From positions 26,826-90,825 of the forward strand of contig NZ_JAFQSO010000007.1 in assembly GCF_017409525.1 (NCBI RefSeq): a DNA stretch of 64,000 nucleotides, written 5' to 3'. This document shows positions 1 to 9,692 of the stretch, in pieces. The position numbers and the translations under genes were made by a program. The DNA is from Methanobrevibacter sp. Lineage in GTDB: Archaea; Methanobacteriota; Methanobacteria; Methanobacteriales; Methanobacteriaceae. The notes below the pieces were generated by a model. That model ran no database searches. It had not been told where the DNA came from and worked only from the letters and a program-made list of their open reading frames with translations. The first letter of the stretch is position 1; every line of letters starts with the position of its first letter.

Positions 1-216
1 ATTTAAATAATCGCCGACATCATGATTTTCCAGATAATCAATGTTTTCCTGTGACAAATGATGATTGAAAACGCTTTTGAAATTTGAAGAGAATCCTCCA
101 TTTAGTTTGGAAGTGGAGATTCCATTGCGTTTAACATTAAACTTAACAAAAATAGTGTCCTTCAAGTAATATACTTCATCATTTAGTGAAGTTATAAAAA
201 AGAGTCTGTCTTTCAT
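1..216 (-). CDS. cbiZ: 5' part of probable adenosylcobinamide amidohydrolase (CbiZ family); runs off the window edge and is absent from the ORF track
   Basis: Manual translation from ATG at 216: MKDRLFFITSLNDEVYYLKDTIFVKFNVKRNGISTSKLNGGFSSNFKSVFNHHLSQENIDYLENHDVGDYLN, open to position 1. STSxLNGG...VFNH resembles the CbiZ N-terminus. Confidence 0.6.
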   Translation of the reverse strand, partial: MKDRLFFITSLNDEVYYLKDTIFVKFNVKRNGISTSKLNGGFSSNFKSVFNHHLSQENIDYLENHDVGDYLN

Positions 217-259
217 AAAAATAAAAAAAAGAAAAGAAATTATAAAAATTTCTTTATAT

Positions 260-1873
260 TTACATCATTGGAGGCATTCCTCCGCCCATTGCAGCAGGGT
301 CCATACCCATGTCTTCAGGGCCTTTAGTAGATGCAATTACATCATCAATTCTTAAAATCATTTCAGCTGCTTCAGATGCAGATTGGATAGCTTGTTTTTT
401 GACACGTTTAGGTTCGATTACACCAGCTTCTTTCATGTCTGCAACTTCACCAGAGAATACATCTAATCCCATGTAGAAAGAGTCTTCTTGTGCTGCTCTT
501 AAATCTACCAAGGAGTCAATGCTGTCTAAACCTGCGTTTTCAGCTAAGGTTTTTGGTACGATTTCTAAAGCTTCTGCAAATGCGTTTACAGCTAATTGTT
601 CTCTTCCAGAAATAGATTCTGCGTAGTCTTTGAGTTTTTTAGCCATTGCAATTTCAGGAGCTCCTCCACCAGCAACGACTTTGTCGTCTTCTACAGTAGC
701 TGCAACTACACCGATAGCGTCTTCGATTGCTCTTACGATTTCATCCACGATGTGTTTGGTACTGCCTCTTACGAATAAGGTTACTGATTTTGCACCGCTG
801 CATTCTTCAACAAAGATCATGTCTTCACCGGAGATTTTTCTTTCTTCTACAACTCCAGCAATACCTAAATCTTCTTCAGTTAAGTCATCTAAGTTAGTGA
901 TGACGTTTGCTCCAGTAGCTCTGGATAATTTTTGAATGTCAGATTTTTTAACTCTTCTTACAGCTAAAACACCAGCTTTGGATAAGTAATGTTGTGCTAA
1001 GTCATCAATACCTTTTTGTGCGAACAATACGTTTGCGCCAGCACCGACAATTTTATCCACCATGTCTTTGACCATTTTTTCTTCTTGTTCGATGAAAGCT
1101 TGCATTTGAGCAGGGTCAGTGATAGTGATTTCAGCATCCATTTCAGTTTCTTTAACTTCTAATGGAGTGTTGATTAATGCGATTTTAGCATCTTTGATTT
1201 CAGATGGCATGCCTGGGTGTACTCTTTCTTTGTCTACGATTACACCTTCAACTAAGTTGGATTCTTCAACAACAGCTCCATCTTTTTTCTCGATTTTAAT
1301 GTTGTCGATGTCTACACCATCATCATCTGCTACTGCTTCTACAGCATCAACGATTAATTTTGCTAATGGTTCACGTGCTGCTTCGGTTCCTTTTCCAGTC
1401 ATAGCAGTCATAGCTACTTTCAATAATACTTCAGAATCAACATCTTCGATTGCGATTTCATCTAAGATTTCTTGTGCTTTTTCAGCTGCTTTTCTGTATC
1501 CCATAGCTATGATGGTTGGGTGAATGTCAGAGTCAAGTAATGTTTCGGATTTTTTCAATAATTCACCAGCGATAATTACTGCAGTGGTGGTTCCGTCTCC
1601 GACTTCGTCTTCTTGGGTTTTTGCCACTTCTACAAGCATTTTTGCTGCTGGGTGTTCAATATCCATTTCTTTTAAGATTGTAACTCCGTCATTAGTTACA
1701 ACAATGTCACCAAGTCCGTCGACTAACATTTTGTCCATTCCTTTAGGACCTAAAGTAGTTCTTACAGTTTCAGCTAATACTTTACCAGCTAAAATGTTAT
1801 TTCTTTGTGCATCTCTTCCGACAGACCTGTTAGTACCTTCCGGTAAAATAAAAATTGGTTGTCCTTGTGCCAT
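260..1873 (-). CDS. thsA: Thermosome (group II chaperonin) subunit
   Basis: [19 protein letters not shown] and GDGTTT motifs; GGM-rich C-terminal tail. Confidence 0.97.
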   Translation of the reverse strand: MAQGQPIFILPEGTNRSVGRDAQRNNILAGKVLAETVRTTLGPKGMDKMLVDGLGDIVVTNDGVTILKEMDIEHPAAKMLVEVAKTQEDEVGDGTTTAVIIAGELLKKSETLLDSDIHPTIIAMGYRKAAEKAQEILDEIAIEDVDSEVLLKVAMTAMTGKGTEAAREPLAKLIVDAVEAVADDDGVDIDNIKIEKKDGAVVEESNLVEGVIVDKERVHPGMPSEIKDAKIALINTPLEVKETEMDAEITITDPAQMQAFIEQEEKMVKDMVDKIVGAGANVLFAQKGIDDLAQHYLSKAGVLAVRRVKKSDIQKLSRATGANVITNLDDLTEEDLGIAGVVEERKISGEDMIFVEECSGAKSVTLFVRGSTKHIVDEIVRAIEDAIGVVAATVEDDKVVAGGGAPEIAMAKKLKDYAESISGREQLAVNAFAEALEIVPKTLAENAGLDSIDSLVDLRAAQEDSFYMGLDVFSGEVADMKEAGVIEPKRVKKQAIQSASEAAEMILRIDDVIASTKGPEDMGMDPAAMGGGMPPMM

Positions 1874-1986
1874 TAATAATCACCTTTTTTTAATTTTCAA
1901 ATAATTAGATCAGTTTATAATATCAACATGAGAAAATAAGTTATAGTGTTGACTAAACCTTTCTACTTATTACATGAGTTTAAGGT

Positions 1987-2003
1987 TATATAAATACTTT
2001 ATG
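1987..2003 (-). promoter_or_regulatory. Putative TATA box/BRE of the thermosome gene
   Basis: Minus strand reads ataaaagta-TTTATATA about 115 nt upstream of the ATG. Confidence 0.5.
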
Positions 2004-2222
2004 GTATAAAGTAAATTAAAGTAAGAAAAAGAAATTACCGAGAAGAGGGGCTGAAAAAACCATCACAATAATGGCATTTTCACTTGATTATATTAGTGGA
2101 ATAAAATTAAAACATCGAAATTATCATTGGAAACTTACATTATATTAAAAGCAAACTAAAAAAATAATAAGATTGATGATGATATATAGATGCACTGGAA
2201 AAAAATTAAAAATAAAAAAAGT

Positions 2223-2244
2223 TTTTGAGAAATTAATCTCAAAA
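2223..2244 (-). terminator. Hairpin followed by a T-run downstream of the coiled-coil gene
   Basis: Perfect 8-bp inverted repeat ttttgaga-aattaa-tctcaaaa; the adjacent plus-strand A-run is a T-run on the minus strand. Confidence 0.45.
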
Positions 2245-2290
2245 TATAGACTCAGAATAACCCCATTAAAGGAATTGAATGTAGGTAAGA

Positions 2291-3439
2291 TTACCTACGT
2301 TGTTGTTTTTTCTCTAATCTGAAAGGTGGTGTCCTTTCAATAGTATCATAAGCTTCTTGTTCATCTTGAAGTTCATTAAAGAAAGCATTAATTTCTTCCA
2401 ATCTTTTAATTTTGTCATTTTTCCTATTCAATTCATTTTGAAGGTTAAGATATTCTTCACGAGGGATAGTTTGCTGTTTTAAATATCTAAGTTCATTTTC
2501 TTTTGAATTGAATTCGGATTGAAGGGAAAGGAATTCTTCACGAGGGACAGTTTTCTGTTGTAAATATTCAATTTGAGTATTTTTTGATGCCAATTCATTT
2601 TCCAATCTATTTTGAAGGGAAATGTATTCATCTTTAGGGATAGTCTGTTCTTTTAGAGTATTAATTTGATTATCCAAATTAACCATTTCAGTTTCGAATT
2701 GGGTCTGGAGATTATTATAATCTTCTTTAGGGATAGTTTGTTCTTTTAGATTGGTAATCTCACTGTTCATTTCATTGATTTTTGCTTCGAACTGATTTTG
2801 AAGATCCAAATACTCTTCTTTAGGAATAGTCTGTTCTCTTAAAACATCAATCTGAGTGTCTCTTTGAGATATCTCATTATCTTTTAAAACAAGTTCATTA
2901 TTCTTAAGCTCAATTTGTTTTTCAAGCTCCATAATTTGAGTTTTAGACTCGACATTATTTTCCAATTTGATTACTTTGATTTTATAATCATCGATGGTTC
3001 TTGAAAGCACATTGATTTGAGCATCTCTCTCAGCGACACTTTTATAGGATTCGTTTAATCTTTCGTTGACATCTGCCAATTCCTTTTTCTTATATTCTCT
3101 TAATTGATCAGCAAAATATTCTTTAATTTCATCAAGGGAATTATTAACATAATCCAGTTCGTAGATTCTATCCTCTTGATTTTTGATTAAACTGTCCTTT
3201 TCCTCTAATTGTCTTTTTAGAAGATTTATTTCATCTTCTGCTTTGAATTTAATAACAGAAACTTCTTTTTCTTTATCTACAATGTCTTTTTCGAGTTCTC
3301 GAATCCTTTGGGGAGTGTTATCGTTACATCGCTCCACTTCAAGTTCAGTTAAATCTAATTTTAACTTATTAAGCTCTAATAGGCAAGACCGAATTAAAGA
3401 TTGTAGAGTATCTTTTTCAGCATCAATTCCTATTTCCAT
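2291..3439 (-). CDS. Coiled-coil protein with five internal T(I/V)P(K/R)-E repeats; function unknown
   Basis: 382 aa, E/K/L/N/Q-rich heptad pattern; repeated (K/R/Q)(E/Q)(Q/K)T(I/V)P(K/R)(E/D)(E/D)(Y/F)xxLQ motif. Confidence 0.85.
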   Translation of the reverse strand: MEIGIDAEKDTLQSLIRSCLLELNKLKLDLTELEVERCNDNTPQRIRELEKDIVDKEKEVSVIKFKAEDEINLLKRQLEEKDSLIKNQEDRIYELDYVNNSLDEIKEYFADQLREYKKKELADVNERLNESYKSVAERDAQINVLSRTIDDYKIKVIKLENNVESKTQIMELEKQIELKNNELVLKDNEISQRDTQIDVLREQTIPKEEYLDLQNQFEAKINEMNSEITNLKEQTIPKEDYNNLQTQFETEMVNLDNQINTLKEQTIPKDEYISLQNRLENELASKNTQIEYLQQKTVPREEFLSLQSEFNSKENELRYLKQQTIPREEYLNLQNELNRKNDKIKRLEEINAFFNELQDEQEAYDTIERTPPFRLEKKQQRR

Positions 3440-3669
3440 TCTATCCCTTAGTTTAAATTTTATCCCAATATCGTATTCAAATTATTGTATATTTATGAAT
3501 TTGAAAACTCCGATATATTGTACAATATAATTCCTTGCTATAAATTATTTATTTTATACTATTTAAATTAAACCCTTAAACTATCCTAAAAATGAAAATA
3601 AAAACAATAAGAAAAAAGATAGAAAAAACAAAAAAAATTAAAAAAAATAAGAAAAATAAATTGATAAAA

Positions 3670-4719
3670 TTAGAGTATTTTATCATTAATTAATTCAGCA
3701 TTCAATATTGAAGCTCCTGCAGCTCCACGAATAGTATTATGTCCAACAAGAACATATTTAAAACTATTATCAAATGCTTGGTCCTTTCTCAACCTACCAA
3801 CAGTAACAGCCATACCATTACCTGCATTTCTGTCCATTCTTGGTTGAGGACGGTCATCTTCTTCTTTGACAATGACTGGATTTTCAGGAGCAGAATACAA
3901 ATTTAATTCTTGTGGCAATCCTTTGAAATTTACCATACTATCTTTAACATCCGCAATGTCAAAGTCATCATCTAACTCCACAAATACCGCTTCAGTATGA
4001 CCATCAATTACAGGCACCCTATGACATGATGCACTTAAACTGAAATCTGCATCAATTACATCAGTCCCATCAAAAGAACCTAACAGATAGAGGGATTCAG
4101 TTTCCATTTTTTCTTCTTCCTGACCAATATATGGAACAAGATTATCCACAATAGCCATTGATGGAACGCCATTATAACCTGCACCAGACACAGCTTGCAT
4201 GGTTGAAACTCTAACAGATTTTAAATCAAAATTATCCACTAATGGTTTCAATGTCAAAGCTAAAGCAATAGTTGAACAGTTAGGGTTGGTGACAATGAAT
4301 CCATCCCAATTATTTTCCTTTTGTTGAGCATCAATCATGTCTAAACACTTAGGATTGACTTCAGGAATCACCAATGGAATATTTTTCTTCATCCTATGTG
4401 CGCTAGCATTACTTGCAACAACATACTCTTTAGCGAAATCTTTTTCGACTTTTAGAGCGAAATCAGCTGGGAGAGATGAAAATACAATATCCACATCGTT
4501 ATCCATTGCATCGGGATTAGTTTCTACAACCTTAATATCCTTAACGGATTCTGGCATCTCTTCATTCATATACCAAGTTGTAGCATCCTCATATCTTTTT
4601 CCAGCAGAACGAGAAGACGCTGCTAAAGCTGTAATTTCAAAATCCGGATGGTTTTCAAGTAATTGGATAAATCTTTGACCTACCATCCCAGTTGCACCGA
4701 GTACTCCAACATTTACCAT
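3670..4719 (-). CDS. asd: Aspartate-semialdehyde dehydrogenase
   Basis: GATGMVG, SNAS, NPNCST and GHNTIRGAAG motifs. Start placed at ATG 4719 because the GTG at 4728 is part of the AGGTGA RBS. Confidence 0.96.
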   Translation of the reverse strand: MVNVGVLGATGMVGQRFIQLLENHPDFEITALAASSRSAGKRYEDATTWYMNEEMPESVKDIKVVETNPDAMDNDVDIVFSSLPADFALKVEKDFAKEYVVASNASAHRMKKNIPLVIPEVNPKCLDMIDAQQKENNWDGFIVTNPNCSTIALALTLKPLVDNFDLKSVRVSTMQAVSGAGYNGVPSMAIVDNLVPYIGQEEEKMETESLYLLGSFDGTDVIDADFSLSASCHRVPVIDGHTEAVFVELDDDFDIADVKDSMVNFKGLPQELNLYSAPENPVIVKEEDDRPQPRMDRNAGNGMAVTVGRLRKDQAFDNSFKYVLVGHNTIRGAAGASILNAELINDKIL

Positions 4720-4728
4720 ATAACTCAC

Positions 4729-5550
4729 CTATTCTAATCCTAAAACATCATTCATACTACTTACAATACCTTTTTCAGCAGATGGAATGTATCTAATAGC
4801 TCTAATTACACCAGCAATAAATACTTCCCTAGTATGGGCCTGGTGTTTAACTTCCAATCTTTCACCATCACCGACAAACATTACGGTGTGGTCTCCAACA
4901 ATGTCTCCACCACGGATTGCATGAACACCGATTTCATCAGGAGTTCTTTTACCAACCAATCCTTGTCTACCGTAGACTCCAACTTCATCAGTATCACGGC
5001 CAAGCTCTTCAGCTATTACTTCAAAAGCAGTCATGGCAGTTCCTGATGGAGCATCCTTTTTCTGATTGTGATGAGCTTCAATAATCTCAATATCATAATC
5101 GTATAAAAGCGGAGCTAATTTCTTTAAAGTATTGAAAAATACATTAACTCCAATAGACATGTTTGATGAAATTACCGCAGGGACATTATTGTCTTTAACG
5201 TTTTTAATGTTTTCCGCCATCTGATCATCGCTAAATCCAGTAGTTCCAACAACAACACCTACGCCACATGAGGTAGCCACTTTGATGGTGTCAACTGCGG
5301 CATGAGCGATTGTGAAATCAACCAATACATCAGCACCGGAAGCTTTTAAAGCCTTTTCCAAATCTTCAGATCCAACAATTTCAACGCCAAGTTCATCAAT
5401 TCCGGCCTGAAGACCGGCGTCTTTACCCGCAAGAGGAGTGTTTGGCATTTCAATAGCTGCAACTACTTCCATGTCGTCTTGTTCTGTAATTTTTCTAATA
5501 ATACCAGAGCCCATTCTACCTGCAGCTCCAGTGACTGCTACTTTAATCAT
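4729..5550 (-). CDS. dapB: 4-hydroxy-tetrahydrodipicolinate reductase
   Basis: GAAGRMG, GTTG and EAHHNQKKDAPSGTA motifs. Confidence 0.97.
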   Translation of the reverse strand: MIKVAVTGAAGRMGSGIIRKITEQDDMEVVAAIEMPNTPLAGKDAGLQAGIDELGVEIVGSEDLEKALKASGADVLVDFTIAHAAVDTIKVATSCGVGVVVGTTGFSDDQMAENIKNVKDNNVPAVISSNMSIGVNVFFNTLKKLAPLLYDYDIEIIEAHHNQKKDAPSGTAMTAFEVIAEELGRDTDEVGVYGRQGLVGKRTPDEIGVHAIRGGDIVGDHTVMFVGDGERLEVKHQAHTREVFIAGVIRAIRYIPSAEKGIVSSMNDVLGLE

Positions 5551-5562
5551 AATAATACCAAC

Positions 5563-6456
5563 TTAAATTAAATCAGAATCTTTTAACGCTTTTTTAAGAA
5601 CTTCTAAGTTTTCTTCTTTCATTTCACATAATGGTTGTCTGAGAGGTCCTGCAGGAAGTCCCATCAGATTCATTGCAGTTTTTACAGGGACAGGATTGCT
5701 TTCTATAAACAGGGCCCTTATAATATCGAGCATCTCATAGTGAAGTTCGAATGCTCTTGTATAATCATCATTTAAAATACTGTTAACCATTAGGGACATT
5801 CTTTTTGCATCAATATTTGCAGATGCACTGATTACACCAGTTCCGCCAACAGCCATTATCGGCAATGTTAATGAGTCTTCACCGGAAAGGATGTTGAAGT
5901 CATCCTCAAGATTTTCACGGGAAAGTGCCTGGTAAATATCAGATACCTTATCAACGCTACCGCTAGCCTCTTTAATAGCTTCGACACCATCAACTTTAGC
6001 CAATTCGACTGCAGTTTCTACTGCAATGTCAGAGCCGGTACGTGATGGAACGTTGTATGCTATGAGAGGAATATCACATTTCTCAGCAATTGTGCTGTAA
6101 TGTTCCACTAATGCGTGCTGTTGCGGTTTATTGTAATATGGAGTGATTAACAATGCAGCATCAGCACCAGCATCAACGGAAAATTTAGTCAAGGACAATG
6201 CTTCTGATGTGGCATTGCTGCCTGTTCCGGCAATAGTCTGGACTCTGCCATCAACTTCATCGACTAAAATTTCAATTATCCTTTGATGCTCATCATGAGA
6301 AATAGTGGCTGATTCGCCCGTGGTTCCTGCACCAACTAAACCGTCAACACCTTGATCAATTAAATAATTAATGTTTGACCTAAAACCTTCTTCATCGATA
6401 TTTTTTTCTTTATCAAATGGAGTTACCATTGCAACGTAAGTTCCTTCAAATTTCAT
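5563..6456 (-). CDS. dapA: 4-hydroxy-tetrahydrodipicolinate synthase
   Basis: GTTGES, YNVPSRT, IKEAS and ESNPVPVK motifs. Confidence 0.97.
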   Translation of the reverse strand: MKFEGTYVAMVTPFDKEKNIDEEGFRSNINYLIDQGVDGLVGAGTTGESATISHDEHQRIIEILVDEVDGRVQTIAGTGSNATSEALSLTKFSVDAGADAALLITPYYNKPQQHALVEHYSTIAEKCDIPLIAYNVPSRTGSDIAVETAVELAKVDGVEAIKEASGSVDKVSDIYQALSRENLEDDFNILSGEDSLTLPIMAVGGTGVISASANIDAKRMSLMVNSILNDDYTRAFELHYEMLDIIRALFIESNPVPVKTAMNLMGLPAGPLRQPLCEMKEENLEVLKKALKDSDLI

Positions 6457-7673
6457 TCTAAAACCTCATTAACTAATTTGCATGCTCTTTTACCATCTTT
6501 CCAATCAACAAATAATACGACTGCTGTTTGAGAGGAAGTAATTTCAACTATATTAATGTTATTTTTTCTAAGTGGTTCGGTAATGCCTGAGATAATACCT
6601 GGAGTTTCAATAATGTCAGGACTGACCAAAGTAATCATTGCTGTGTCTCTACCTAAAGAGAGAGAACTTAATACTTCAGTTTCAACCACTAAATTATGTA
6701 AAATATGATATGCCTGTTCTGCATCCTTCTTATTAACAAATGTTGTGATTGAATTTTGACCTGCAGAAATTCCAAAAATATTAATATCATTTTTAGCAAG
6801 ACAACCGGTTAAATCGGCCAGCAGCCCTACTTTTTTAAGCATTGCTTCTCCAACAAGAACAATAAGTGAAATAGGATCCTTGTAAAGGGATACGGATTTT
6901 AAAATATCTCCTTCAAAGGGTCCGGTAATACGGGTACCCTTAGCTTTTAAATCGCCATGAGCGAAATTGATAATTTTTGCACTGATTAATGGATCTTTAT
7001 ATTTTAATGCATGGGGATGTAAGACTTGTGCACCATGAGTAGCTAAATCTCTCATTTCTTCAACTGTTATCTCCTCCAATAATTCCGCTTCCTCGATTTT
7101 ATTAGGGTCAGTTGACATTACGCCATCTACATCAGTGACAATTACAACTTCATTTGCATTTAAACAATGTCCAATTAAAAATGCTGAAATATCACTTCCG
7201 CCTCTTCCTAAAGTGGTGATTTCTCCACTAGGTCCTTTTCCTAAAAATCCACAAATGACTGGAATAATACCTTGATTTACAAGACTTTCAATACCGTTGA
7301 TTTTCTTGTTAGTTGTGTTAAAATCAATTTTAGCTTCAAGAGAATTAGAATCAGTTACAATCGGCCATAATTCATTATAAGGATCAATAAATTCGGATTT
7401 TACGCCTAAAGATTCAATAGTTGCTGAGAATAATCTAGCACTAGTTAATTCACCCATAGCCATAATCTCTGCCTTCTGCTTGTCTGTTAATCCAGTTCCA
7501 ATTGCGTCATTGGATAGACCAATTAACTCGTCAGTAGTCTTGTTAACTGCAGAAACTACAACTACTACCTGATTGCCTTTCATATACTCATTTACAACGG
7601 ACTGCGCCGCTTTTTTAATTCTGGAACCGTCTCCTACCGAGGTTCCACCGAATTTCGCTACTATTAAATCCAT
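6453..7673 (-). CDS. lysC: Aspartate kinase
   Basis: [21 protein letters not shown] motifs; two C-terminal ACT domains. Confidence 0.96.
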   Translation of the reverse strand: MDLIVAKFGGTSVGDGSRIKKAAQSVVNEYMKGNQVVVVVSAVNKTTDELIGLSNDAIGTGLTDKQKAEIMAMGELTSARLFSATIESLGVKSEFIDPYNELWPIVTDSNSLEAKIDFNTTNKKINGIESLVNQGIIPVICGFLGKGPSGEITTLGRGGSDISAFLIGHCLNANEVVIVTDVDGVMSTDPNKIEEAELLEEITVEEMRDLATHGAQVLHPHALKYKDPLISAKIINFAHGDLKAKGTRITGPFEGDILKSVSLYKDPISLIVLVGEAMLKKVGLLADLTGCLAKNDINIFGISAGQNSITTFVNKKDAEQAYHILHNLVVETEVLSSLSLGRDTAMITLVSPDIIETPGIISGITEPLRKNNINIVEITSSQTAVVLFVDWKDGKRACKLVNEVLE

Positions 7674-7904
7674 AAATTCACCTATTTCATAAAAACTATT
7701 AAAAGTTTCCCATATTTTTGAGTTTACAAAAATATTAATTTATATTTATATCTAATCATATTAATATACTTTAATTAAAATAATGCCTATTAAAATGAAA
7801 ATACTGAAAAATTAAAATTAAAAAATTTATACAAAAAAAGAAATTTCCAAAAACAGATTAAAAAATTTTAATAAAAAAAAGTAGTAAGAAAATATGAAAA
7901 AAGC

Positions 7905-8102
7905 TTATTCTTGGGTTTGTTCAATCCTTACAAGCCTTGTAACATATCCTGCAATTTTATTTCTTAAATGTTTAGTACTTACAGTAGAGTATTCTTGTAC
8001 TAATTTTTTATTTTCCTCAAAATCAGTGGTGAAAACTCCTTTGTGAGTTTCAATAAGTTCTTTTGCTAAACGTTTAACAAATGAAGTTCTAATATTGCCC
8101 AT
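7905..8102 (-). CDS. rps17e: 30S ribosomal protein S17e
   Basis: [11 protein letters not shown]...RNKIAGYVT; AAGGAGG RBS ahead of ATG 8102. Confidence 0.96.
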   Translation of the reverse strand: MGNIRTSFVKRLAKELIETHKGVFTTDFEENKKLVQEYSTVSTKHLRNKIAGYVTRLVRIEQTQE

Positions 8103-8430
8103 CAACATTCCTCCTTAAAATTTTTTCTTGCTCATTTTTATTTAAAATAGTCAGCATGTCCACTATTTGATCAATAATATCAACATCAAGACCCAATTCT
8201 CTACAAAGAGTATCTATTTTCTCATGAACTATATCCTCCCTACTTTCATCAAAAATAGGCATACCGAGATACTCTTTAGAAAGTGCAATATCTTGTGCTA
8301 AAGCTGTTCTTTGATAAATCAAATCAAATAATTCATTATCAATTTCATCAATGCGATTTCGGGATTTTTCGAGAAGTTCCTCAGCTTCCTGCTTATTGCT
8401 AATAGATTTAATCTCATAATCACTTGTCAA
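8089..8430 (-). CDS. Chorismate mutase (AroQ type)
   Basis: [11 protein letters not shown]...R...DESRE pattern; near aroK. Confidence 0.85.
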   Translation of the reverse strand: MTSDYEIKSISNKQEAEELLEKSRNRIDEIDNELFDLIYQRTALAQDIALSKEYLGMPIFDESREDIVHEKIDTLCRELGLDVDIIDQIVDMLTILNKNEQEKILRRNVDGQY

Positions 8431-8504
8431 AAAATCACCAAATTGATAACAATGATAATAATATAATTTATTAGCATCATAGTATATAAACTATATGTTT
8501 CCAA

Positions 8505-9692
8505 TCAAAGAATGGAACAATAATTTAAAAGTGATTTCATCATAGATAGCGATTTTGAAACTGACCCTGAAACTATAGTACCGCGAGGGGCTATAACTTC
8601 GCAAGTTACTGCTGGAATGCCTTTCAGACTAACAACATCCTCCAAAGCTCCAGGATATTCCACCCCTGCTTCATTGTATATCAAGCATTTTACATTGCTT
8701 TTTTTAGCAATATATTTTGCAATGGTTGCACTTTCGCCAGTCGGGTTATATGTTCCCATGGCAACATTCTTTCCGGGAACGCCTCCAGGCTTGGTGCAGT
8801 GGAAATCGCCATAAGCATCACATTTATATTTAACAATCAATTGCACTGTCTTATACGAGATTGTTCCTTTCACATTTGCATTCCTATTTAATTTAATATT
8901 ATAATCTCTGACATTTTTTTCAGTGGCTTTTGGATGCATGAACGGCATTATGTAAACAGTTCCATTAATTGGATTGGATTCCAAATGTTTAATTAGTTTT
9001 AATGCTGCAATCTGTGAGGACAACTCATTTCCATGAACTCCTGCAGTGATGAAAACGACTTTTCCGTTTCCGCCCTGAAACTTAACGACAGGAGTTCCTG
9101 ATTTTGCAAGATAAACCATTTTTCTAACTAAAGCAGAATCTGGAAGATTGGCTTTTATTTTTTTATTTTTAGTGACAACCCCACCGGAATTCCACTTATA
9201 ATTTATATAGGAATAAGCGTTTTTGACTTTGAAATTCTTCTTGCCGGAAATTCCCCCAGAAGAATAAGTCACTGGATAATTTCCAGCGCTCAAGTTTAGG
9301 TATATCTTAGCTACACCACTAGAGTTTGTAAAAACATTGTAAACCTTGTTATTCACTTTAAATTTAACTGACTGGTTTTCTATTGCTTTTCCTTTCTTAT
9401 CTAAAACCGTGACTTGGAATTTGGTTGGATTTCCATAGGTGGCTGTGACATCTTTTGCAGAAATTTTTGAAACCGCATTGTTGGTTTTTTTATCTGTTGA
9501 AGAACCGGATAAATTATAATAACTGCTTGAAGCTTTCAAATCATTGTCTGGAATTTCAATTGAACTGGAAACCGAATCGTTAGCTGCAGCTAATGTGGAA
9601 TTGCATGAATCAGGATTTACATCACTGGCATTGACCGCCGATAGTGATATGACTAAAAAAAATAAAAAAATTATGAAGTAGTATCTCTTCAT
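8505..9692 (-). CDS. Secreted Ig-like-domain protein with a C-terminal M14/succinylglutamate desuccinylase-aspartoacylase family metallopeptidase domain (copy 2)
   Basis: Signal peptide; adhesin-like Ig repeat (TNSSGVA); GVHGNE, LNR, DFH and TCEV motifs. Confidence 0.8.
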   Translation of the reverse strand: MKRYYFIIFLFFLVISLSAVNASDVNPDSCNSTLAAANDSVSSSIEIPDNDLKASSSYYNLSGSSTDKKTNNAVSKISAKDVTATYGNPTKFQVTVLDKKGKAIENQSVKFKVNNKVYNVFTNSSGVAKIYLNLSAGNYPVTYSSGGISGKKNFKVKNAYSYINYKWNSGGVVTKNKKIKANLPDSALVRKMVYLAKSGTPVVKFQGGNGKVVFITAGVHGNELSSQIAALKLIKHLESNPINGTVYIMPFMHPKATEKNVRDYNIKLNRNANVKGTISYKTVQLIVKYKCDAYGDFHCTKPGGVPGKNVAMGTYNPTGESATIAKYIAKKSNVKCLIYNEAGVEYPGALEDVVSLKGIPAVTCEVIAPRGTIVSGSVSKSLSMMKSLLNYCSIL

